Assembly: GCA_951406725.2 (NCBI GenBank)
Contig: OX597822.1
Coordinates: forward strand, 60,946,001 to 61,010,000
Reading direction: 5' to 3'
Source: Octopus vulgaris
Lineage: Eukaryota
DNA: 64,000 nt
The position numbers were made by a program, and so were the translations under genes. Shown here piece by piece: positions 1 through 13,911 of the stretch. The notes beneath the pieces were generated by a model. That model was not told the origin of the DNA. It did not search any database and saw nothing but the letters and a program-made list of their open reading frames with translations. Numbering within the stretch: position 1 is the first letter of the stretch; every line of letters starts with the position of its first letter.

Positions 1-2322
1 CAAAGGTCGTGCTTCACCACTTCATCCCAGGTCTACCTCTTCCACAGGTTCCCTCAACTGCTAGGGTGTGACACTTTTTCACACAGCTATCCTCATCCAT
101 TCTTGCCACATGACCATACCAGCGCAGTCGTCTCTCTTGCACACCACATCTAATGCTTCTTAGGTCCAACTTTTCTCTCAAGGTACTTACACTGTTGAGT
201 ATGCACACTGACATTACACATCCAACGGATCGTACTGGCTTCATTCCTTGCGAGCTTACACATGTCCTCGGCAGTCACAACCCATGTTTCACTGCCATGT
301 AGCATGGCTGTTTGTACACAAGTATCATACAGTCTACTTTTTACTCTGAGCGAGAGGCCCTTTGTCACTAGCAGAGGTAAGAGCTCTCTGAACTTTGCCC
401 AAGCTATTCTTATTCTAGCAGCTACACTTTCAGCGCACCCTCCTCCACTACTGACTTGGTCACCTAGGTAATGGAAGATATCAACTACTTCTAGTTTTTC
501 TCCCTGGAACGTGGCGGAAATTTGGTCTCTGCGCATTTTCAGTGTTTATTGCTCCCGAGCATCTGCCACATACAAAAACTATCTTCCCAGTTAGCGTTCC
601 TTTGATAATACTGCACCTCTTGTGTCCATAGCTTACACTGGGTACACCTTATAGAGTTTCTACCTACGCCTCTACTACAGATCGCGCAGGGTCATCTACC
701 TGAAGGGATTTGTGGTTTGCCTGCCTTCCTACTTATTAGGACTTTGGTTTTAGCTAGGTTGATTCTAAGGCCCTTCGATTCTAATCCTTGTTTCCACACT
801 TGAAACTTCTCCTCCAGTTCTGATAGTGACTCAGCAATTAGAGCAAGGTCGTCAGCATAGAGGAGCTCCCAGGGGCATCCTGTCTTGAATTCCTCCGTTA
901 TTGTCTGGAGGACTATAGGAGGGGGCTGAGGACTGAACCTTGGTGGACCCGTACCACTACCCTGAATTCTTCAGTGTATTCGTTGCCAACCCTCACCTTA
1001 CTTACAGCGTCCATGTACATGGCTTGCATAGCTCTCACTAACCATTCAATGATCCCTAGTTTCCTCATTGACCACCAGATAAGGGATCGGGGGAACCCTG
1101 TCGAAGGCTTTCTCCATGTCAACGAAAGCCAGGTACAGGGGCTTATCTTTGGCTTGGTATTTCTCCTGCAGCTGTCTTACCAGAAATATGGCATCAGTGG
1201 TGCTTTTCCCTGGCACAAAACCAAACTGCATCTCATCCAAGCTGACTCTCTCCCTAATCAGTTGGGCTATGATCCTCTCCGTAACTTTTATTACCTGATC
1301 CAACAGCTTGATACCTCTGTAATTATTTGTATCTAAAGCGTCACCTTTACCTTTGTAGCAGTTGACTATTATGCTGCTACACCAGTCATTGGGTATGACT
1401 CCTTCATGTCTCACCTGGTTAACTATACTGGTGACTAGGCTATAGCCGACACTGCCAGATATTTTGAGCATCTCTGCAGTGATTCCTGATGGGCCTGGGG
1501 CTTTCCCTGTCTTCATACTTCTAATTGCCTTATCTACCAAGGTACTGTCAACTCGGATAGCTGGTCCCTCAGTTGGGTCGACATTCGGCAGACTCTCTTT
1601 CTCCCATTCATTTTCTTTATTCAGCAACCTTTCATAATGGCATCTCCAAACCTCTCTCTTTGCATCCTCATTTAGCGCAAGTGAACCATCATCCATGCGA
1701 ACACATTTCTCTCCTACCACATCACGATTCTCTCTCACACACTGTCTTGTAACACGAAATACCTCAAGTCTTTAGTCCTCACTGCACAGAACATTGGCAA
1801 ATTTTTTCCTGCTTCCCCTCTGGCTAAATAAACCTGCCTCCTAGCTTCCCTTCTGACAGTCTGATACACTTCCCTGCTACCACCATTCTTCCAGTCCTTC
1901 CAAGCGTGCTTCTTTTGTCTAACAGCCTTGTCAACAACATTGTTGTACTACCACGTTATTTGGGGTCAAGAGGGGACTTTGCACCATCCACAGATTTGGT
2001 TGGTGGCCGGCCCTTAACAGGTTGTCTCGTAGGAACCTCCAGTTGTCTTCTATACCATGTGAAGCTATATCCCCTTCTATTCCGTCAAAGACTTCGAGTA
2101 ATATGTCTCTAAATCTCTGTCCATTTGCAGGATCTTTAAGTCTCCGGACCCTTCTTCTCCTTGCTGGTCGTCTTCTGGGCATCCATTTAGCCCTGATCCT
2201 GAAGTCACTAACTACCAGTCTATGTTGTGGGGTACATTCTTCGCCTGGGAAGGTTTTGGCATTTATAAGCAGCCGTCTTTCCCTTTCTCTGGTGAGGATG
2301 TAGTCAATCTGACTAGTGTGTC
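1..2322 (-). mobile_element. RTE-clade LINE (PHD-finger family), 5'-truncated, frameshifted; 3' end lies outside the window
   Basis: Minus-strand ORF fragments give the APE end (SQIDYIL...PQHRLVV), RT motifs (KAPGPSGI, NYRGIKLL, QFGFVPGKSTTDAIF, FVDMEKAFD, HQGSVLSPLL, LLYADD) and the RTE C-terminus (RLRWYGHVARM, GRGRP). Near-identical to copies at 40927-43003, 59066-60638 and 61285-64000. The 5' end abuts (AT)n. Confidence 0.95.
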
Positions 2323-2342
2323 ATATATATATATATATATAT

Positions 2343-2640
2343 AAATGGAGTTTAACACAGGTATAATTCAAATACTTTTACTTCCGGCACATGTTTCAAA
2401 GATTTCATTGATATTATTTAATCCCCTATTATCATTCTAAAAGTAAATGTACGACTTTCAAAAATAATTACACTAAAAATAAGTTATCTAAAAGAATTTC
2501 TATCCATTACTCAACATTTAGGGATAGGAATAAACGTAACAGTACAGGGCTCAGTAAATTAATTTGGGATCTAAAAGACCACAATGAACAATTTAATTTA
2601 GAATGGTTGATTCTCTCAATCTCGATATCCGATTAATGAC
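2343..2640 (+). mobile_element. Penelope-like element (PLE) fragment with GIY-YIG endonuclease remnant
   Basis: 2478-2636 translates NKLSKRISIHYSTFRDRNKRNSTGLSKLIWDLKDHNEQFNLEWLI, resembling the PLE GIY-YIG C-terminal half (R..H..F....NST.LSK.IW.LK.....W.I). Confidence 0.75.
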
Positions 2641-3669
2641 TAATTTTGATAATTTCTTCTCTCTAACGAGATGGTGCATAAATGTATCAGGAACAGAATC
2701 AGGTGGAATTCTGCTTCAAGCACCCCATAGAACCCTTCATAACATTTTTCTTTTTTGAATTTTCAGAAAATTTTTATTGATTCGTATTCTACACACATGT
2801 ATTCATAAGACTATGAAAATAAACCCCAAACATTTTTTGCGTGTGATTTAAGGGCTATTTAGCTGTTGTTATGGTTTTTTTTTTTGCATATCTCACAACC
2901 ACCTGTTACCCTCCTCATTTGTTCGTCACTGACGTATTGATGTTTGTCAATATCTTTTTTCCCACAAACACATTTAACGATCCTGTAGCAAGCATATTCA
3001 GTTTGGCTCTTTACCCACATTTTGGCTCATCACGTGATGGTTGAGTTCCTCTAGCTTTATGCGAGCTGTCCACCTTATCATATGACTAGCCAAGCGCGCT
3101 ACCCTCAGTTATATAGGGGGAACTGTTCCCATTATTTCCTCAGTGAGGTGGGTTTTGCATGATCGAGTACGGATCTTCGGCAGAGGGCAAGCTTATTTTC
3201 ACAGGTATCCTTTGATGCAGACGTTGTTCATGTCCTCCAACTGAAGTTGTCTCATAGGTGTTTTTCCTGTTCTATCCAGCATACATCATCATCATTATGT
3301 ACTATCTGCTTGTTAAACCATTGTGTATATATTCTGACCATTCCTTCAATGTATATCTCCGCAGGTTTAACACTTTTTAACGAGTTGAATAAATCGTCGC
3401 ACTTAATCTTGGTTTCTTCGTTCTTCTTCCTTTATCTACACACATAGCGTTACTCAAACCAACAATATTTATCAACCACAACCTTCAGCCATTAAAACTG
3501 ATGACCGCCAACATGATACTAACTGTTTCCAGCTACAAATTTCATTTTACTACCACTTTGCTTTTTCATTGGCGAAATTCTCTACATCTTTGAATTACTT
3601 GTCGCTCTATATGGTAAGAACTTCACTCTACAGCCTGCTAGAGATGTTTCTACATGGAGAATCTCATGG

Positions 3670-4150
3670 TTAAAGTTTTTTTAAACCATTTTCCGTCTCT
3701 CGTGTAGCATTTCTTGTTTTGATCCACTCCCGTGCCAAATTCGTTCTTTATCTGCTTTTCGCGTCACTTTTCAATTAGGCCATTTTTTGGTTTCAACTAC
3801 TGTTGTGAATTTTTGCCTCTCCGTGAAAAGTCATTCTCACGGCAGGAGAATCTGGAATCTTGGATCTTCTTTTCAATTGCACGACACCTTTTCATCCCGC
3901 ATTCTTGGTCACTCATCTTGAGCTCCGTTTGTCAGAGATTACAAGGAGTTAAAATCTCTAATTCGGATTCGGCAATTTGCTTCCTTTTTCTCTCACCATG
4001 ACATTCGTCTTGTGCCAAAATTCGAAATCAATATTAACATCGTTGAATATCATTTTAGTTAGCACTGAAGATTTTTGGGAGCATTTTTAACGCCTTACTA
4101 CAGCCATATTTTTTTCGGGTGCATTATACAGATCTACTTCTACGTTTTTG
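3670..4150. promoter_or_regulatory. CpG-retaining non-repeat segment, candidate promoter/first exon of the ZNF gene
   Basis: Visibly more CG dinucleotides than the flanking AT-rich DNA, no recognisable repeat, upstream of the ZNF splice acceptor. Inference only. Confidence 0.25.
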
Positions 4151-5394
4151 AATTATTTTGATGGACGATGTGCCTGAAAGATGATTAATTTTAAAAATGC
4201 AAAAAGAATTAAACATTATTATCAATGATAAATGCGGTATTGAATGTGAAAGTGATAGTGTTGGTGATAATAAAGATAATGACGAAGAGTGAATTATAGA
4301 GAGAGTTACTTCCCCTAACACTAAGTGTTAAACGCTCCCAAATATTTTTGATCACTCCCTGCTTATTATTCGTTACACATCTGATAGCCAGATCCAGTCT
4401 ACAAATGACATTTATGAGATCGAATTAAATATAAATAGTTGATAATTGTGCAATTACTATAGCATTCTTTACTATGTTAACCTGTAAGATCTTGACGTTT
4501 TCATGAAGCTGTTATCCAATCTGTTGTCGAACGTGTATTGTGAGAGCTTCCTTAAAGGGTCTATATTAATGTGTAAGTATCATTTATATGTAAACATTGT
4601 TGTATACGTATCCTTGTCTGTATATCTATTTTTGTTCAGCAAATGAAAGAAAGTGAAAAAAAAAAGTTTTACGAAAGTAAGAATATTGCCTTATTTCATC
4701 GTTTCGTTTTCCATTCGACACTCCATTCCTATTTTCCCTATTCCGTACATTTTTATATCAACAGAAAAAGAAAGATGTGGTGTAACTCGCATTGCGTAAT
4801 CTCGTATTTACAGTTGTACAGTATTCTGTATGGGATCTATTATTCTGTTCTTACAGAAACTCTGAACAATTTTAATAATTTTAAAACTAAAATTATGATA
4901 TTTATTGAGATAAAGTGTGGTTAAGTTGATGGGTAGGTGAAGCAACTGTTGTGCAGTAGAAACAAAGAATCTGGTGAGGATAAGGCTGGTAGCTTGTGAT
5001 AGCCTCATATATGAACGTGAGGACATCGCATTTGTTGTCTGCTCCATACAACTGTAGGGGAATAATACATTGTCAGCAGAAACCTGTTTCTTGTTGATCT
5101 AGGGTATATACAAGAACATGACCAATAAACCTTATTTATAGGCAATAAACCAAAATGACAGTTATACGGAAGTTACTGATAAAATACATCATTGGAACTG
5201 AAAACTGAAATAATGCTAGTATAATTCTTAAATTGTTCTATAAATACTGGTGTGTTCAACATGTTCCAACTTACCTCCTTGTGAGATAACTTGGAAAGTT
5301 TAAACTTAGGTCACAAAATTTACTTTTTCTCGGGAATTTCTCTTAACCTCTGCATGTTTACTGAGTTCCTTGTACACGTTGCATATCTATAAAA

Positions 5395-7031
5395 TGTTTC
5401 AGTCATTTGACTGTGGCTATGCTAGGGCACCGCTTTGACAAGTTTTAGTCGAACAAATTAACCCTAGGACATTTTTGAAGCCTAGTACTTATTCTATCGG
5501 TCGTTTTGCTGAACTGCTAAGTTACAGGGATGTAAATACATCACCACCAGTTGTCAAATGATAGTGGGGGACAAACACAGACCCCCACTTCCATAGATAG
5601 ATATATGTCTACAAAATCCTCTCACAAGACTTCAGTTGACTTGAAGCTAGAGTACAAAACATTTGCCAAAGGTGCCATGCAGTAAAACTGAACCCGGAAC
5701 CATGTGGTTGAGAAGCAAGATTCTTGATTTTTGGGAAATTGGCCATAAAGGCCTTACATAGAGGGGACAAAAAAACAAAACGAATGAAAAGATGGAATGA
5801 AGCCACTCAGCTCCACCTCTGAGCAACTTCATTGAACCTGTTAATACATTTTTTAAAAACTTTTTTTGAAAACAATTTAATCACCTTTTTTTCAAAATGT
5901 CTATATTGTGCTTTTTTAGAATATCCACATACCCTATGTGCTCTGGCATTGTGCTGGTGTCTATATTCTTTACCCACCACTTGCAGTCCAGATTTTCCAC
6001 ATACTCCTGTAATCTCCACACGTACTCCGTGTCTGTGAAGAAGTAGAGAAAGTTCTTGGGCAGACTCTTTACTTCCATATCTACCTTTACTGCTCCATCC
6101 CACAAGTCCACCTCATCAAACATTTCTTCATTATGCCCATTATTACATTTTTCTTCACAGGGCGGGGGTGGATAAGTTTGTGGATCCTGTGTGTTTGTAC
6201 TTGTTTTTATGTCAGACAGGGCATGGGGAGGGTTGGTGTATGTAGGGAGTGGTTGGGGCAGAGAGGGTGTGGATAGGAAGCTTAGATGGGTTGGGGGTCA
6301 TCCTTTACCACATGCATCTTCCTCCTTTTTCTTCTCTTCTTCCTTGCTATTTCACAGTTGGTATTTGTCTTCTCTTCTTCGATGCTGGTACTCTGTAGTG
6401 CTATATCTATTTCCTTTTCATCCATACTAACCCTGGAAGCACTCTTCCTATGGTAAATGGGCAGAAGAACTACCTCATTCGTTTTCAGCGATGTTGCTGA
6501 GTGCAGCCTGGCAGTAGCTGCATCCCGAAACAGCACCTCTACCGTTCCAAATTTTCTACCTCTGTCGAGGTGGGTAATTCCCTGCCAGATTGGTTCGAGC
6601 GCCTTTTCCATTTGAGCTCTTGACATAACTTCTATTTTCCCGGCCGCTATCGAGTGTGTTCTATAAATTATAGTTCTCTCATTCTTCTCCTCTAACACCT
6701 CCTTGGGGGAAAAAAATTCTCACGCTGTTCCCTTCCTTTTTAAGCATATAATAGAACCTGCTCAAATCTTCCAGGTTTACTTCTAATTCTTTAAAATTCC
6801 CCTCTGATTCACTATTCATCTCGTTGAAGTACTCCACCAATCCCTCCTCAGATGAATCACATTCTGGGGAAGAACACCTCAAATTCTCCCAACTTCTCGT
6901 TCAACGTCCCTCCATCACAAGAAGAAAAACGTCGCACAGCCAAACAACACGTCTACCTCGTACGAAATCAACAAACCTAATGGATCCTGGGTAATCAGAA
7001 GCAAGCTTTTTACCTCACAGCCACACTTGCA
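5395..7031 (-). mobile_element. tRNA-derived SINE (family A, OR/CORE-like), split by a 1.27-kb insertion
   Basis: Body at 5395-5725 and head remnant at 6997-7031 (agaagcaagctttttacctcacagccacacttgc) match the intact copies at 52925-53352 and 55480-55885. Confidence 0.85.
5726..6996 (-). mobile_element. ORF1-only (HAL1-like) non-autonomous retroelement, copy 1, degenerate
   Basis: Bounded by TSD agaagcaag(a/c)tt(c/t)tt at 5711-5725 and 6997-7011. ORF pieces 6679-6882, 6282-6698 and 5881-6123 are homologous to the element at ~44880-46860. No RT or endonuclease coding capacity. Confidence 0.75.
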
Positions 7032-7309
7032 AACATGAAAATAAATATTTCTACCAAAATAAATAATTTTTAAAAAAAATAATATACTTTGGTGTTACAC
7101 CTTAATACACGCAACTGTTTCTCTTATTTTTCTTTGTACATTTTTGTTGTTTACTATCTATTAATTCAACTATTTAAATTTACTGTTGTGTCTGAGGAGA
7201 ATCATTTTCTTTTTGTGCCTTATAATTTAACACACTCACCGGTAAAATTTCTACTTATATCCTTCTTTATTTTTCTAAAATTTCCGTTGCGTCTTGCAAC
7301 CTATTCACA

Positions 7310-7560
7310 CTGCGTTCCTTTTTGTTTGTGCGCATGGTGTGTGTATGCATGTATTTATGTATGTATGTGTGTACATTTGTATGTATGTATTTTGCATATT
7401 CATGTGTTTGTGTGTGTGTACCTCTATCTCCTTGTGTATGCATATCTGAGTGTGTTTTGCAACTATGTGCCGTGTTTGTATGTATGAATGTGTATCTCCA
7501 TATGTGTGGACGTGAGCCTCCATATGTGTCCTTGTGTGAAGTACAGTGTGTGTATATATG
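7310..7560. repeat. Degenerate (TG/TA)n low-complexity tract
   Basis: Visible in the sequence; explains the spurious Y/V/C/M-rich ORFs. Confidence 0.9.
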
Positions 7561-7795
7561 GTCATTTAAATTTATTTTCTCTCCTAAAGTATCAGTTAAT
7601 ATCCAAGATTAATTTCTTTCTCTCCATCAGCTATGCTATTAGAAGAGGCATGGATGGGGCACACACAGCATCCCTTTCTCAAGAAATGGAGAGTGTTGAG
7701 TGAACAAGGATAACAACCACTTTTCATAGAAGAGCTGGTATCATACTGGAACAATCCAAGGACAGGCAGATGTACAGTTTGGCTCCAAACATATA

Positions 7796-8318
7796 CCATA
7801 AATCCTTGAGTATAGTCTGTCCTTGAGTATAAAACGTGGGGGATTTTTAATGGGCTGTACTTCCGAAAAACCTAAACCTTATGTATAATACACACCTCTT
7901 CTCTAACTTGAGTCGTGTGTAATTAAGCCAGCAACACCTAATCGAACAAACACTTCTGCGCATGTGTAATACAAAAATGGTGATGTTCTTAACTGTTATA
8001 TGGGAATGTAAATATGTTTGCAAATTGTTTTTGTTACATGTTATTCTGTGTTCTGAATACTTTTATTTTAATAAATGTTGCTTACTGCAAGTTATGGATG
8101 ATTCTTTTATGACTTCATTGCTTTCAGGCTTAGCTTAAGGTATTTTCGCACCTGACATCACAAAATGCGTCTGAATAAATGTTGCCAGACAGCAAATAGA
8201 GACTCGGACATTGCTTAGAAACTATTTTTTCATTTTTAACCTCGTATATAGTATGCACTAGGGATTTCGACCTTTAAATTTTGGGAAAAAAATGCGGATT
8301 ATACTCGAGGATTTACAG
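7796..8318. mobile_element. pogo/Tc2-like MITE
   Basis: Imperfect TIRs ccataaatccttgagtatagtctg and cggattatactcgaggatttacag; TA on both flanks (7794-7795, 8319-8320); no ORF. Confidence 0.8.
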
Positions 8319-8540
8319 TAGATAAAATATTTGTATATGAGTGTGTGTCAGTCTGTGTTTCAAAAGTACCAAAATAATATACCTCCAATCAAATCACATC
8401 CACCAGATGAATAATCTATTCACAATGATAGAGAAAGTTATGAAAAAATAGTTATATTTATCTAATAGAAGACTTATATTGCTTCAGCTTACTTATTCCT
8501 CTGTTGAATCTTTGCTTTTAACGTAATTTTTATCATATAC

Positions 8541-8559
8541 TGTTTCTCTATTATTTCAG
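8541..8559 (+). promoter_or_regulatory. Putative 3' splice acceptor of the ZNF coding exon
   Basis: tgtttctctattatttcag| lies 344 nt upstream of the ATG at 8904. Confidence 0.55.
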
Positions 8560-8882
8560 AATACTGGGTGATACTGGATTGACAGAATTTTACTTCAGAT
8601 GTATCATCAAACTAAATGAAGTTGTAAAGAGCTGTTATAACATTTAAATGTAAATCTTAGGCTGAATTACTAGGAAATATTTTCCCCGGGTGAGATTATT
8701 AGCAAAATGTCTCATTATTTGGAATGTGTATAAAATTATTTTGCCTACAAATTAAACATGGATTGCAAAGAAGTTTGCTGCATCAAATGACTTTAACAGG
8801 ATCATAGTTGATGAACGTGCAGCAGTAAATATGTTATCTTGAAATAAAATACAAATCAAAAAGAAGAAAAATATCCTTATAG

Positions 8883-9683
<801 letters not shown>

Positions 9684-10115
9684 TATCTGTAGTAAATTAT
9701 TCTCCCATACTTAACTACACATTTATATCCATACAGAGGAGTTACTGTATTAGTATCAAATGTCATCCTGTTCGAAAATATAAATTTTATCGTAAAAATG
9801 TATTCACACAAGAAAGTAGATATGACAGCATGTGTTAATATGCTCCCAACACTATTGTATAAGACCATAAATATATTTAAATTATTGGCGAGAAAGCATT
9901 ATGATATTTTTAATAAATGCAGTCATTTGAAATATATATATATATATATATGCAAATAAGAAAATGGAAGAACAAATTCATTTCGAACATCAACTTACAG
10001 ATAGTACCATTTCATATTATTTATTAATTATATAAATAGGAACATGAAAATCGAACAAAACAATATACATCAATATACAAATTAATAATACCATAAGAAT
10101 AATATAAATAAACTG

Positions 10116-10240
10116 CTCCTTACAGCTGTTTCAGCCCATAGATAAAAGCATCTCATTCTGCCTATATTAGTCAAATGTATTTAGGTAATAAGCAGTTGAA
10201 AATGAGGTACTTATATATATCTCAAGGCTTCATCAGAGAT
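10116..10240 (-). ncRNA. Type-I hammerhead ribozyme with long stem II, in a PLE terminal-repeat fragment (~9952-10310)
   Basis: Minus strand reads UCU-CUGAUGA-AGCC...(~90-nt hairpin)...GGCU-GAAAC-AGCU-GUA|AGG. Core intact; stem I only about 3 bp. Confidence 0.75.
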
Positions 10241-10451
10241 TATAAAGTACAATCATAAAAATATAAATATAAATATGAAACACCCTCATAACCCCTATCT
10301 TACTTTGTACTATATATGTATATATATATAATTGAGATTCAGATGAATTAGGTCCTTAAGTTGAGGCACTAAAAATTAGTGCACTATTATCCTTGCAATT
10401 TCAAAATAAGGTGAATAAAATCAAAATAAGCAACAGGATATCCAGAGGTGG

Positions 10452-10537
10452 TGCAATACAATCGTTTCAAGTGGCTCCATTTAATTGAACAATGCAATCA
10501 TTACATCAATTTAAATGCAGGGCTATACTCAGCTGCA
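10452..10537 (-). ncRNA. Hammerhead relic with a 3-nt core deletion
   Basis: UGCAG-CUGA(---)G...GAAAC-GAUU-GUA|UUGCA; 5-bp stem I intact but CUGAUGA reduced to CUGA. Confidence 0.55.
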
Positions 10538-10606
10538 TAAATAAATGAATAGAATTAATTTAGTCAGTCAGACACATTTGTATAATTTTACTTAAATCCT
10601 CTAAGA

Positions 10607-10768
10607 GGGTAAAAAGACAGGCAAAGTCCATGCTGTTTTCACTTCAGCTTAGAAGCTACTAAGACATCAGGTAAAAAGAAACTTGTTAGGGTTCTAGTTT
10701 GTCACTGATGTCTTAGTAGCTTCTAAGCTGAAGTGAAAACAGCATGGATTTTGTCTGTCTTCTTACCC
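10607..10768. repeat. 64-bp inverted repeat with 34-nt spacer
   Basis: Arms at 10607-10670 and 10705-10768, 3 mismatches. Confidence 0.95.
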
Positions 10769-11208
10769 GGTACAAGGGCCTGGCTGGTGGTACTGGCAAC
10801 GGCCATGCTCAAATGGTGTTTTTTTATGTGCTACCTGCACAGGAGCCAGTCCTGCTCTGGCACTGGCAACGACCTCGCTTTTTCATGTGCCAGTAATGAT
10901 TTGATAATACATATATATACATATATAATGTATGTATGTGTGTGTATTGCATCTTACATATTTCCAGAATCTAGAAAAGATACTGATTCATTTGACATTG
11001 ACAATAAAGAGCTGAGAAATATATTCCATTACATGATTAGGGAACATATTTTATATGCATGTGTGAAATTTTATTTTGTACCATTAAGTGAATGATTCTG
11101 TTTTTAATAAAATCTATACTATATAATTTTATCTTTTCTTTATTGATAGTTTAGCTTAATTTCCAAGTGTCATTGCAACCTTAAACTTAATACATATATA
11201 TATATATA

Positions 11209-11718
11209 CTAGCAGTATCGCCCGGCGTTGCTCGGGTTTGTAAGGGAAATAACTATATAAGCATTTTTAGAGAGTTACTTCCCTTATAGATGCCAATTCG
11301 GGCTTTCTTAGCCATTTCTGTTTTGGTGTCTTCAAGCCATGAAGTCATTGTTCTAAAAGAACGCTGTTCTCCTTGACAACGCTTTACGACGTTGATTTCC
11401 TTACACTCCCTTCCCCACAGCTTCACGAGGGAGGGAAGAAGAGGGAGAAGCAAACAGGTGCAGGTGTAACCATGGACGCTAACTCCGCCGCCATCGACAC
11501 GAAAAATTATGCATTAAAATGGAATAAAAAATTATGTTAAATTATTTTTAAAATCGTAGACTCATCGTAGCGCGCGCTATTACTCAGACGGGCTCGATAT
11601 GAATCCCGACTATAAGATACCCGAATTTGGTTAAACTGCACCGCAAAATGTGGGAGTAGTTAGGAATCTAAATCGAAGGGGACAGACACTCACACAACTA
11701 CAGTTTTATATATATAGA
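11209..11718 (-). mobile_element. Non-autonomous Helitron
   Basis: On the minus strand it starts A^TC(TA)n and ends CTAG^T, with the subterminal hairpin CCCGAGCAACGCCGGG (11221-11236). Confidence 0.85.
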
Positions 11719-11748
11719 TATATATAAAAACATGATGCAAAGGATTTA

Positions 11749-11836
11749 GTGGTACATATGTTTCTGGGTTTTATTAGACAGTTTATATCAATGCATAATT
11801 GATGTAGCATGTATGTCAATAGCCTTCTTCAGCCGC
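11749..11836 (-). ncRNA. Type-I hammerhead ribozyme (inverted copy)
   Basis: GCGG-CUGAAGA-AGGCU...CCA-GAAAC-AUAU-GUA|CCAC; one stem I mismatch. Confidence 0.7.
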
Positions 11837-11980
11837 GCACAATTACTACTCCAAGGACGTATTACATTATAAGTAATTACCTTTGCAATCACCTTTTATT
11901 TTTACCTTCATTTCATTTTAATCTTTATTCGAATACTTTTACTTTTATTTTATTTTTATTTTTACTTCTATTTTCTTATA

Positions 11981-12012
<32 letters not shown>

Positions 12013-12630
12013 CTATTATACTTTTTTACTTTCATGTTTTTTTACTTCCTGTTTTTTTACTTTCAGCTTTTTTACTTTCATGTCTATCTTCTTTTTGTTC
12101 ATTATAATTTCTTAATCTCCATTCATTCTAGCTAGTGCTCAATTTAATGTCCCCTATTTTTATTTATTTTTAAAATTTTTATTTTTTTAATTTTTATTTT
12201 TATTTTTGTTTTTATCCCTTCTCTAATTTTTGTCATTTTTTCTTTCCTTTCTTTTCTTTCTTTTCTGATTTACCTGTACACATCTTTAACTTGCTAATTA
12301 CTCACTTATAATTTATTTACAATGGTTTATAACCATCAAACCACTCTGAGACAGACATTTAGAATATGTAGGTTCCTTTTTGCATGTGTGCAGGAATGAA
12401 TCTTCGGATGCATATGTGTGGAGACCTCTATACTTCGTGAGTTATACGTACCCCTGCATAGAAGTATATGCCTGCGAAGGTGCACACACATTAGCGCACG
12501 TGCGTGTAGATGCGAGCACGAGCATATATGTGCATATGAGTATGTCCATGTGTGTGCGAGTAGTGGTGGGCGTATATACATGTTTGTATGAATGTGTACG
12601 CAGGTACGTATATGTATTTGTTTGTATATA

Positions 12631-12683
<53 letters not shown>

Positions 12684-13911
12684 GAGTGTAGGTATGTACG
12701 CTTGTGGGTGTGTGAGTGTAGATATATGTGTATGCGTATGTAGACTTGTATGTGCATTTCTAGTTCCTCCTTGTCCGAGTTCATGGAGGTGCGCATGCAC
12801 GTGCGTAGACATTCGGATGGATATACCTGTTTCTGTGCATATGCATATATGCATATCTGTATATGCATAGGGATTTACTTCCTTATGTATGTGTGTATGT
12901 ACATGTATGTGTATACGTACATATGTGCATGGGTTCTTGTACCCAACTACATGCGCTTTTTTCCGTATGTATGTGTATATTGAGATTTTTATGTATGTGC
13001 GCATATACGTACACAAGTGTGTAGATGTGCGGGCTCGATATATGTACGTGTGAGTATGTATTTGTATGTATACAGGTACGTCTGCAGAGGCGTGTAAGTG
13101 TATATGTATTTATGTATTTAGTTTGTGCGGGTTTAGGTATCTGTACGTAGCGGGACGTATGTATATGCGTATCCCTGTCGATACTTCCACACGGGAGTAT
13201 GTATGTATATATACGTGTGGATGTGTATATGTATGCATGCATGTACGTGTGTACATGTTGACTGTTAGTAACACAGTCCCAGACAATTTATGAGAAAGTA
13301 GATAAACTATTTAGCCACAAACCAACTTGGAGCAGACAACTTATATTGACCATCCACTTGGTCCCCAGATAATTAAGTTAATTTATGACACCCACCAGTA
13401 CATCCTTAAGCTTCACCAACTTCCGGCCACCCTTTTTATTTCTTTACCCCTTTATATTTCTTTATCCCTTTATATTTTATTTTTATTTTTTATCCTTATT
13501 TTTCGTCTTTATTTTTTTCGCTTCTTTATCTTTATTTATTTATATTCCCATGTTTTTTCACGTCCTTTTGTATTTATATATCTATATATTTATATACTTA
13601 TATACTTTTTATATTTTTATTTTTTATATTTTTTTAAATTTAAATTTTTACTCTTTTACTACATTTTGCACCTACTACTCTCCCTCTTTGTGATCCCTAA
13701 CTCATTAAAGATTCACCCCCCTCCAACTCCTTCCCTCTTTATCTCAACATCCAACCTCCTCATTCTACATGGAGTGAAAAACGGGATGGACGTTTTGTTT
13801 TTGTTTTGGTGCCTCGCTCTGTTGTATACTATGAGGATTTGCATCCCCAACGTAAATCGTCTTTTTCCCAAACTTATAATGTAATACATGTCCTTGGAGT
13901 AGTAATTGCAT

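Noticed and set aside
7085-7305. Additional hammerhead candidates (also ~2380-2400 and ~60725-60745)
   Set aside because: Only half-cores are present (CUGAGGA without a matching GAAA arm, or GAAAC-NNNN-NNH without CUGANGA); probably PLE terminal-repeat scraps, so not counted.
12336-13884. Multiple 100-226-aa ORFs rich in Y/I/H/T/C/V/F
   Set aside because: Translations of stop-poor dinucleotide-like and T-rich low-complexity DNA; the same applies at 7089-7612, 21818-22097, 47617-48149 and 60786-61231.
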